IMG/VR virus record: IMGVR_UViG_3300025738_000001
Source: a virus
Length of the DNA stretch: 64,000 nt
Reading direction: 5' to 3' (one strand)
The position numbers and the translations under genes were made by a program. The notes beneath the pieces were generated by a model. It ran no database searches and was not told the origin of the DNA. It worked only from the letters and a program-made list of their open reading frames with translations. Shown one piece after another: positions 48,280-54,748 of the stretch (positions within the stretch are counted from its first letter, which is position 1; each line of letters begins with the position of its first letter).

Positions 48280-48381
48280 TGGTGACTCGTATCGTGAGCC
48301 TAACGGGATGGACCCATACCTGCGTTTACTACTAGACGGGCTTGATTCGCCATAAGGTTACTAGGGCCTTAAGTAAGTAAC
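48280..48381 (-). ncRNA. Spacer RNA ending in a minihelix + ACCA
   Basis: 3' end GGCTC-ACGATAC-GAGTC-ACCA (5-bp stem, 7-nt loop), directly followed by AAUUCA and the next tRNA-like RNA. Confidence 0.3.
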
Positions 48382-48457
48382 TGGTAGCAATGACTGGGGT
48401 TGAACCAGCGACCTTCCGCGTATGAAGCGGACGCTCTCCCTACTGAGCTACATTGCT
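48382..48457 (-). tRNA. tRNA-Met (CAT) (elongator Met or Ile2 cannot be distinguished), CCA encoded
   Basis: Hand fold, 76 nt: acceptor AGCAATG/CATTGCT, D-arm GCTC-AGTAGGGA-GAGC, anticodon arm TCCGC-TTCATAC-GCGGA, T-arm GCTGG-TTCAACC-CCAGT, ACCA. Confidence 0.9.
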
Positions 48458-48463
48458 ATTGTT

Positions 48464-48575
48464 TGGTAGTCCTTAACGGGGACTAGTCGGGAGGTACGTA
48501 TTGCCTACGGGTCTTAGCTTCTTTACGTCTAGGTTCGAATGTTGCCATCTACTTCGTGCCGCGTCTGCTAGTTAC
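48464..48575 (-). ncRNA. Spacer RNA ending in a minihelix + ACCA
   Basis: 3' end AGTCC-CCGTTAA-GGACT-ACCA (48464-48484), followed by AACAAU and tRNA-Met. Confidence 0.3.
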
Positions 48576-48648
48576 TGGGGGATAGGGTGGAATCGAACCA
48601 CCTTAGTCGACTTCTGCCCAAACTACGATGTTCTCGCGTTGCTATCCC
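48576..48648 (-). ncRNA. Degenerate tRNA-like RNA (73 nt)
   Basis: Acceptor GGGATAG/CTATCCC and canonical T-arm GGTGG-TTCGATT-CCACC. Position 8 is C, the D-stem is 3 bp, and the anticodon region is a bulged 7-bp stem with loop GCAGAAG. No readable anticodon. Confidence 0.45.
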
Positions 48649-48750
48649 ATAATTAGTTCCCTTACATAACATATGAAGGGTAATATGGCCGTTCTTACAA
48701 TTGGTCTTACTCTGCCTTTATAAGAGCTAAAGGTAACCCATCCTGGAGGA

Positions 48751-48942
48751 TTAGATATGCAAGTAGATGCCAACACGGGCAAATAACATGCTAATTTTTG
48801 CACGACCTTTAAACTGAGCATCGGCCTTGTGCTTACGCAACATACGTTTAACCGCAGGGCTACGCTGTGATAATTCTTCAGGTGTTGAACGTACTTCATC
48901 AAAGCCTTCAACTGTTACTGCTTTATTTTTACGAAATTCCAT
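48751..48942 (-). CDS. Small basic protein (63 aa)
   Basis: ORF track; RBS gggagaag 4-5 nt before the ATG. Confidence 0.55.
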   Translation of the reverse strand: MEFRKNKAVTVEGFDEVRSTPEELSQRSPAVKRMLRKHKADAQFKGRAKISMLFARVGIYLHI

Positions 48943-49156
48943 TGTCTTCTCCCGGTATTGGACCGCTTAATAGTTCTACCAGTTTGGTAGCGCGTGTGAA
49001 TACTTCTACGATTTTTTTAGATTCAGGACTGCCTAATTCGGCCTCAGCTACAATGTCCTGATAACGGGCACGGAACAGTACGAACTTGCCTCCGCCATCA
49101 GCACCTGAGAATACATCAAGCATGATTTGGATGTCGTCATCTGTTACTTGGGCCAT
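48929..49156 (-). CDS. Hypothetical acidic protein (75 aa)
   Basis: ORF track; start overlaps the ligase stop by 13 nt. Confidence 0.55.
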   Translation of the reverse strand: MAQVTDDDIQIMLDVFSGADGGGKFVLFRARYQDIVAEAELGSPESKKIVEVFTRATKLVELLSGPIPGEDNGIS

Positions 49157-50538
49157 ACACCCTCCGGTACAGTTAAACCAAAGTCATCTGCTATCTGCTT
49201 CCAATGACGGTCTTGGCTTTCACGCCATTGCACAACTTCACCAGTACAACCATCATGAGACAGTTGTAGTTCACGTAGCATTTTATAAGTGCAATCGTCA
49301 TACTCGATAGGTATATCCGATTTACGTAGAGCCTCTTGTACACCGTGATTAAACAGGCTGTTTCCTTCAATCTCGTCAGAGTACACGTCTTCTTTTATTA
49401 GTACGCCTACTGCACACATGCAGCCTTCATCATTACGATAGACACATTGGCCTTCATCGTCTTGAGCTGGTTTACCTTGCTTACGTAGATGGTTCACAAC
49501 TGTTGAGAATAATTCTTGTAATTCCATACTGACTCCTAAAAAGTCTGGTTCAGATTTGTCCTGACGCTCTTCCCGTACTTTGGGAATACGAATCAAGCCA
49601 TTCTTAGATGAGGGTTGTAAGCCTGCTACATGGTAAATCTTACCGATAGGGCTATCTGCTGTGTTATTAATACCTGCTTGGTATAGAGCCTCACATGAAT
49701 CATGAGTCCATCCTTTACCCGGCATGGCTTTCAGTTCTACACCGTTGGCGTATCGGAAGTATAGATTAGCAACTAAGCCCTTATACTTTCCAGTACCTTC
49801 TTCGAATGAGATACATTCCAAGTCAACATGCATACCCCGAACAATTTTCATTTGATGCCAATCTTTAGCGCCACATAGGTAACCTACGTTCTGCTTAAAC
49901 ACTGCACCTTCTTTACCTGCATTGATATGCTGTTCGGCAAAGTCTTGAGCTTCCACCCAGTTGTTGATAACAACATAAGGTAATATTTTAAAGTAAGCAC
50001 CATCGAACGCATCAATCAAGTCGGAATGACGGTCAGCATAATTAGTAGCACTGAATCCTTCTATGAACTCATTGACAGTAATAGCATCAAAGTGTGAGAT
50101 GTAGAGTCCTGCAGCAATAGCCGGTTGGTCACAAATGGAACCATCCTTCTTATCTACTTTGACTCGTAATGGTTTAACACGAAGAGGATTAATACAGCCA
50201 CCAAGTTCTTCAAGCGAACATTCATGAGTACTAAGTATCTCACCGAAGTATAAGCCTGGTTCTATTTGGGCCTGGAAGTAGCTCTCAGCTACATGATGCG
50301 TATTTGGCATAAGTTTACCGGTACGATTAAAGAGTCTCACCTCGCCATCGTCACGTACAGCCACGGCACAAAATACACCGTCTTCTTTTAACTGACCAAA
50401 CATAGGCCAAGATACTTTCTTGTGAAGAATACCTTGCTCTACTAATGGATTAACATCTTCGAAGTTCTTCACCAGTTGGTAAATCTTCTTCTCTTTACGA
50501 TGGTCTGCTGGCAAACCATAGAATTCAAATATATTCAT
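49144..50538 (-). CDS. ATP-dependent DNA ligase (T7-like core) with ~125-aa Cys-containing C-terminal extension
   Basis: Motif I LKEDG, motif IV KEGAVFK, motif V DWHQMKIV with T7-ligase-like spacing, and an OB-like LIRIPKVREER. Start set at Met26 (ATGA coupling to an upstream micro-ORF). Confidence 0.8.
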   Translation of the reverse strand: MNIFEFYGLPADHRKEKKIYQLVKNFEDVNPLVEQGILHKKVSWPMFGQLKEDGVFCAVAVRDDGEVRLFNRTGKLMPNTHHVAESYFQAQIEPGLYFGEILSTHECSLEELGGCINPLRVKPLRVKVDKKDGSICDQPAIAAGLYISHFDAITVNEFIEGFSATNYADRHSDLIDAFDGAYFKILPYVVINNWVEAQDFAEQHINAGKEGAVFKQNVGYLCGAKDWHQMKIVRGMHVDLECISFEEGTGKYKGLVANLYFRYANGVELKAMPGKGWTHDSCEALYQAGINNTADSPIGKIYHVAGLQPSSKNGLIRIPKVREERQDKSEPDFLGVSMELQELFSTVVNHLRKQGKPAQDDEGQCVYRNDEGCMCAVGVLIKEDVYSDEIEGNSLFNHGVQEALRKSDIPIEYDDCTYKMLRELQLSHDGCTGEVVQWRESQDRHWKQIADDFGLTVPEGVWPK

Positions 50539-50687
50539 CCTGCATATTCCTCGGGTGTGTTGCCGCCTTTGAAAGTTACCCATATGGTTACACAAGGTAG
50601 CGGATTGAAACAAATACGTTTGTTATAAGGTGACCAATGAACGCCTACCCAAAACGACGCTAATCGAAATATCATGCCTGCTTTCAT
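50535..50687 (-). CDS. Micro-ORF (50 aa), below the ORF-track cutoff
   Basis: Hand translation MKAGMIFRLASFWVGVHWSPYNKRICFNPLPCVTIWVTFKGGNTPEEYAG. RBS gaggtga 4 nt before the ATG; ATGA overlap with the ligase start. Confidence 0.55.
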   Translation of the reverse strand: MKAGMIFRLASFWVGVHWSPYNKRICFNPLPCVTIWVTFKGGNTPEEYAG

Positions 50688-51248
50688 AAATCACCTCATA
50701 GTTAATTGGTGACTCGTTTATACTCATAGAGCCATTGAGTTTGCCCACTTTCTTTATATAAGGCACCCGTGAGCTAGGGCTGTCAACTGTTTACGTCTAG
50801 TTCTGGGACGGGGTTTTGTCGCACTTCCAGCGGAATCCAATACTAATTAAGTTTCTGAGGATAACAGCAGCAATACTACGGTTTTTGTCATCGGAGAAGT
50901 TCAAAACCTGTTGAAAAATCGCCCTCAATAAAACCACTAGCGCCATTGGACTTTGCTTAGGTATCCAAAGCTTCACATGGACTAAGCTATCCTGATAGCG
51001 ATACTCGCCAGTGCTTATGCTGGCTTTCTGAACTAATGGGCTTATTGAGTTACCTGGTGACGGGGGTAAGACGGCTGCGTAGATTCATACAGCGTAACAT
51101 TGAAGTAGCTACTCTTTGCGGAGGCATACACACTAGCCCCACTTAACTCATTACCACTCACATCGTTGGTGAGCTGCTTGTATACAGCTTCAAGTACTAG
51201 GTTTTTAGAGAGGTCTGCTTTGCCTCTTATTAGGACGCTGTAAGTGAA

Positions 51249-51500
51249 CTAATCTGGTACTTCAACGACATTACCTGTGACTAAGTCATTAGGTTCTGCA
51301 ACCATCCAGCCTGAGCCGTCTAATGCAGTACTGCCGTTGTAGGTACACTCTTCTGACATGGCGTTTTTGCAACTAACGTCTGCACACAAGAATGAATTAT
51401 CTTTGTTATCAAATACTATGTTGTAGGGAAGCTCTGCGCCCTCTACGAACTTGTAGCGCTTTCCGACTACGAATGTTTGGGATATCGACTTCATCGTCAT
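51249..51500 (-). CDS. Hypothetical protein (83 aa)
   Basis: ORF track; overlaps the upstream ORF by 92 nt. Confidence 0.5.
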   Translation of the reverse strand: MTMKSISQTFVVGKRYKFVEGAELPYNIVFDNKDNSFLCADVSCKNAMSEECTYNGSTALDGSGWMVAEPNDLVTGNVVEVPD

Positions 51501-51966
51501 ACTCTTCTTCCTCTAAGGCTTCAGCCTGTAGTTTACGGAGTTCATCAAACTTCAAGGTAGGTAATGCAGCCTCAACCTCTTCAGTATCTCTTGGTTTAGT
51601 TAACCCACGAAGCTGTTTCTCGTAAGCTTGAGCAAGCATAACCGCTTCCATAACCCAACCGGTAAGGTAAGCAAAATGCTCATTACCTGTGCGTTCTGAG
51701 AGCACTAGGCCCACGTTGTCAGCGATGATGTCACAAGCATGAAAGACTTCATGTGTCATATCAGGAATACTACATAAGCCATCTTCGTCCATTTCTACCC
51801 ATAGGGTGATGAACGGTGACTTACCGTTATAATGTACACAACCACCTGCGCCGTCTGGTAATTTTAATCCAGTGGCTTTCTCGAATGCGCCATGACTAAA
51901 GACTATTAGCATCTCTTGTCGGTACATATCTACGTAGCATTTATGCACTGTATTTTTAAAGTTCAT
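51409..51966 (-). CDS. Putative zinc metallopeptidase (HExxH)
   Basis: MTHEVFHACD motif; acidic tail EEEEYDDEVD. The 3' end is uncertain because of the 92-nt overlap. Confidence 0.55.
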   Translation of the reverse strand: MNFKNTVHKCYVDMYRQEMLIVFSHGAFEKATGLKLPDGAGGCVHYNGKSPFITLWVEMDEDGLCSIPDMTHEVFHACDIIADNVGLVLSERTGNEHFAYLTGWVMEAVMLAQAYEKQLRGLTKPRDTEEVEAALPTLKFDELRKLQAEALEEEEYDDEVDIPNIRSRKALQVRRGRRASLQHSI

Positions 51967-52063
51967 GATGCCTCCTTACGGGTGATTGAGTGAATTGGTG
52001 CCCAGCGTTCCAACTTTTCAGCGTGGTTGGGGAACTAGATTATGACGCAACTCGGCATTGTTA

Positions 52064-52279
52064 GGGACGGCCAGGGGAATCGAACCCCTGTTAGAGACTA
52101 GGACATCAGTCACATGCCGTTAAGGTTAATTAGGCCTATGTGGATAGTTGCAACTACACACTAATCATCTGTTGGGGAATTAAACCCCAATGCTAGTTTC
52201 CTTTGCACCAAGCACCGACATTGTTCGGATTACGGGAAAGCCTACGATAGTAGCGCGCTCTATAAAGTAGCGCCGTCCC
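52064..52279 (-). ncRNA. 216-nt tRNA-like RNA: acceptor stem + T-arm closing a ~140-nt structured insert
   Basis: 8-bp perfect terminal pairing GGGACGGC/GCCGTCCC. T-arm AGGGG-TTCGATT-CCCCT next to the 3' strand. Internal T-arm-like GGGG-TTTAATT-CCCC at 52174-52188. 8 nt downstream of tRNA-Ser. Confidence 0.5.
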
Positions 52280-52287
52280 ATAATTAG

Positions 52288-52376
52288 TGGCGGAGGTAGC
52301 AGGACTTGAACCTGCACACCCTTTCGAGTGAATGAATTAGCAATCCATGACGATACCAATTTCGCTTGATACCTCC
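52288..52376 (-). tRNA. tRNA-Ser (GCT), class II, CCA encoded
   Basis: Hand fold, 89 nt: acceptor GGAGGTA/TACCTCC, anticodon arm ATGGA-TTGCTAA-TTCAT, long variable arm CACTC-GAAA-GGGTG, T-arm GCAGG-TTCAAGT-CCTGC, GCCA. Confidence 0.9.
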
Positions 52377-52736
52377 TAAATTTGGTGAGAATTTACTATT
52401 TAAAGACCGCGATTATCTACTATAACGCTCTGAATCTGAGTGCATCTTCATCATGTATCATAGCGGACTATCCTTATCAGGACTCTCGAACATAGTCTGT
52501 TATACCTATTGAAGGGCTGCACTCTTGCCCCGCTTTAGCTACCTATTGAATTTGTCTTAGTTTTCCTAATCCAGCCCTGTGAAAGAGACTGGGCTATCTT
52601 CTCAGAGATAGTTTGAGAGGTTGCGCTCTCTTACACTTATTTTAAAGTGGTGTGTGACTCAAACCACTGTTACTCCAAGGGCCATCCGCCTACCGAAATA
52701 GGAACTTATGAATCTTACACGCGAGGAGCCAATTAA

Positions 52737-52749
52737 CCAACGAAGTTGG
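52737..52749 (-). promoter_or_regulatory. N4-type promoter-like hairpin CCAAC-GAA-GTTGG
   Basis: Perfect stem and GAA loop on the + strand, followed by CTA. Heads the 360-nt ORF-free leader of the tRNA-Ser array. Confidence 0.45.
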
Positions 52750-52842
52750 CTAAAACTGCCAGACCTTCACCGATACCCAAGCTGCTAATAAGCAACCTGC
52801 ATAGATACCGAAGATGGTTCCAATTTTCTTTAAACTATTCAT
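52750..52842 (-). CDS. Micro-ORF (30 aa hydrophobic peptide)
   Basis: Hand translation MNSLKKIGTIFGIYAGCLLAAWVSVKVWQF. TAATG overlap with the upstream stop. Confidence 0.35.
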   Translation of the reverse strand: MNSLKKIGTIFGIYAGCLLAAWVSVKVWQF

Positions 52843-53192
52843 TAGAATTTCCACTCATATGAAATGCCTACTTCTGTACTGCTTGCAGCTATCTTCCAAG
52901 CGGAATCAGCTAACAGTACGCCTATTGCACAACCGACTGCATCTGCAGCCAGGTCACGAGTATCAAAACCACCGTAAGATATCTCATCGTAAATTTCTTT
53001 ACCGATACCTACGGCCATACACTCTGCAGCAGTCTCCCAATGTGAGCGACCACTATAAGTGTTAATCATGTAGAAGAATGATGCAGCGCCAATAGATGCT
53101 TTAACGTGGAGCTGTTTATCTGGCTCACTAAGTAAGCCAGCACTAACGTACATTGATGAGAACATCAACATTACACCTATGACTAATCGCAT
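52842..53192 (-). CDS. Exported small protein (signal peptide, C-terminal aromatic W-K-F)
   Basis: MRLVIGVMLMFSSMYVSAG signal; DKQLH...GKEIYDE...FDTRDLAADAVG resembles periplasmic-lipoprotein DUF patterns (weak recall). Confidence 0.55.
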   Translation of the reverse strand: MRLVIGVMLMFSSMYVSAGLLSEPDKQLHVKASIGAASFFYMINTYSGRSHWETAAECMAVGIGKEIYDEISYGGFDTRDLAADAVGCAIGVLLADSAWKIAASSTEVGISYEWKF

Positions 53193-53635
53193 TAGAACTC
53201 CTGGGAATCAGGCTTTGCAGCACTGGTTAAAATTGTTGTAGTAAGTAGGCCAATCTCGTCTTTACCGAAAGTTTCTTCCATTTCGACGAGAAGCGCTTGT
53301 TGCTTTTTCTTGGCCTGCATTTTATTGACTTTGCCTAAGACGACTTTTTCCATCTCAACACAGTCGTTATAGTGAGCACGGTCAACCACTGAAACTATCC
53401 ATTTAATACGGAAGGCTGCTTCGTGGTCACATTCGATTGCAGGGGTAACTTCAAATACTTCTACGATTGCAACACCCGTTGGAGAGTCCACCACTACTTG
53501 CTGACCGACTTCTACATCAAGCAGAGTCTTGTACATGTATGGTTTACTTTTGTTGCCATCGTCGTTTGTGAAGCGAACAAGGATGAATTTAAAATCAGGA
53601 TTAGCGTTAGCTATTAGTAAGTTTGCATATGACAT
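53192..53635 (-). CDS. Hypothetical protein (147 aa)
   Basis: ORF track; overlap-coupled. Confidence 0.6.
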   Translation of the reverse strand: MSYANLLIANANPDFKFILVRFTNDDGNKSKPYMYKTLLDVEVGQQVVVDSPTGVAIVEVFEVTPAIECDHEAAFRIKWIVSVVDRAHYNDCVEMEKVVLGKVNKMQAKKKQQALLVEMEETFGKDEIGLLTTTILTSAAKPDSQEF

Positions 53636-54048
53636 TATTCGTGTACCCTCTTTCCAAGTAGGATGGTTGTAATCGCACGTTGACGATAGATGAATAACAG
53701 TGGGATTGTTGCTAACATAATTGCACCAAGAGCCATTAGCCCGTTACCTGCCAATAGGCATGCAAATAGTATAGGAGCACTAACCAACTGCCATGATGGA
53801 ACCATAGCTAAACCAGCCATACGATTAATAGATACTTTGAACTCAGCTACTGTGGATTCCTTTTTAAGTAAAATGATTTTACTATCATCAGCAATGGCTA
53901 AAGATGCTACCGCAGTGATGGCTATTAGCACACCTACGTAGATTTGCAAGCCAAGGATTGCATCAGGGTTAAGAGGTAAGCCAAGGTACATAGAGTACGC
54001 CAGGAACACTAGTACGCATAAGCGCACTATAAAAAATGCTATTCTCAT
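53635..54048 (-). CDS. Integral membrane protein (137 aa, ~4 TM)
   Basis: ORF track; four hydrophobic segments. Confidence 0.65.
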   Translation of the reverse strand: MRIAFFIVRLCVLVFLAYSMYLGLPLNPDAILGLQIYVGVLIAITAVASLAIADDSKIILLKKESTVAEFKVSINRMAGLAMVPSWQLVSAPILFACLLAGNGLMALGAIMLATIPLLFIYRQRAITTILLGKRVHE

Positions 54049-54070
54049 GTTATTACCTTCAGTTAGTTAG

Positions 54071-54137
54071 ATTAAAAGAGGTGGCCCCTGACTGTTAAAT
54101 TAATGCACATTAATGTATAACAATTCTAATGGGGCCA
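54071..54137 (-). terminator. Terminator-like structure closing RNA array 3
   Basis: 7-bp stem UGGCCCC/GGGGCCA (54131-54137 with 54082-54088) enclosing a nested hairpin, followed by CCUCUUUUAAU. The loop is long, so weak. Confidence 0.3.
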
Positions 54138-54205
54138 TAGTTCGACGTCCGACTCACTGTAACCGCCTTAATGGGGAGGATAAACGTGTGAGTCAGATAT
54201 TTGCA

Positions 54206-54266
54206 GTACCGCTCCCGATTCGAACGGGTGACTCTCCACTGGCTTGCGACCAAGTTAGAGCGGTAC
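54206..54266 (-). ncRNA. Truncated tRNA-like RNA (~61 nt, no D-arm)
   Basis: Perfect acceptor GTACCGC/GCGGTAC and T-arm ACCCG-TTCGAAT-CGGGA. Only one internal hairpin, with loop UCGCAAG (GCA as in tRNA-Cys, but C at position 33). Confidence 0.45.
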
Positions 54267-54272
54267 ATTGTT

Positions 54273-54434
54273 TGGGTGCCTTACGGAGGATTCGAACCTC
54301 TTCACAACCTACTTACCCCAATGCTCGTCGTCATGACTCAGACCAAAGGTGTATGTTTCAGAAGTGCCGGATTCCTTATACCACTGTCAACAAGGTAGGA
54401 GCTACCTACTTCTCTAGTGGGGCGGACGTAAGAC
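54273..54434 (-). ncRNA. ~160-nt tRNA-like RNA with large insert
   Basis: T-arm AGAGG-TTCGAAT-CCTCC then GTAAGGC-ACCCA. The only complementary 5' strand within reach is GTCTTAC at 54428-54434 (one G-U pair). Interior folds into a long irregular hairpin CCACU...AGUGG. Confidence 0.35.
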
Positions 54435-54653
54435 GAAATACTGAGCCGTGTTCTATCTTCTTGGGTACGGCAATGGCCCTCAATAAGCCACAGGACTTGT
54501 GTGCAACATTGTATAAAAAATCACACAAAGTGGTAGGCTGGATTCTTTGTAGGAATAACTCCCCGCGTTTAATGTATACAGTTCACGGGGTGCTAGGATA
54601 TTACAGAGGACTGATTACCTCACCGATATTCCACCTACGGAATTAGTTAATAC

Positions 54654-54748
54654 ACTTATAAGAGTGTTCGGCTACGATTACCAAACCATGAATATTGAAG
54701 CAGTCAGGGAACCACACCTTTTACTTCAATCCGAACACTCATATAAGT
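54654..54748 (-). other. 95-nt extended imperfect hairpin in the leader of RNA array 3
   Basis: 18-bp stem with one mismatch (acttataagagtgttcgg / ccgaacactcatataagt) plus an inner 7-bp stem attgaag/cttcaat. Confidence 0.5.

Noticed and set aside
48740-48751. ATCC-TGGA-GGAT (and CGCCT-GGGC-AGGCG at 47411-47424) as extra members of the promoter-hairpin family
   Set aside because: They have 4-nt loops and, for the first, only a 4-bp stem, so they depart from the 5-bp/3-nt geometry. They are noted as possible relatives but not counted.
48642-48911. 89-aa - strand ORF
   Set aside because: It overlaps the better-supported 48751..48942 ORF (which has an RBS) in another frame. Its 3' end (48642-48648) overlaps the 5' end of the tRNA-like RNA (48576-48648).
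49144-50538. Reading the ligase as a T4 Rnl1-like RNA ligase (motif I is KEDG, as in Rnl1) forming a tRNA-repair system with the HAD phosphatase
   Set aside because: Motifs IV-V (EGAVFK ... WHQMKIV) and the following OB-like segment follow the T7 DNA ligase layout. No polynucleotide kinase domain was found. It is kept only as a low-weight hypothesis.
50755-50786. Sigma70-like promoter (TTGACA ... TATATA) on the - strand upstream of the micro-ORF/ligase pair
   Set aside because: The spacer is about 20 nt, outside the functional 16-18 nt range.
52064-52279. Group I intron or standard tmRNA interpretation of the 216-nt element
   Set aside because: The insert (~140 nt) is shorter than typical group I introns. 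I could not locate exon halves of a normal D or anticodon arm. The length is well below typical tmRNA, and the 13-codon frame does not end in the usual ..AA degradation tag.
54113-54646. 177-aa + strand ORF (and nested 54201..54398) spanning RNA array 3
   Set aside because: It is antisense to tRNA-like elements with TTCGAAT T-arms. The protein is R/C-rich with no hydrophobic periodicity and no RBS. Long stop-free frames are expected in GC-rich structured RNA.
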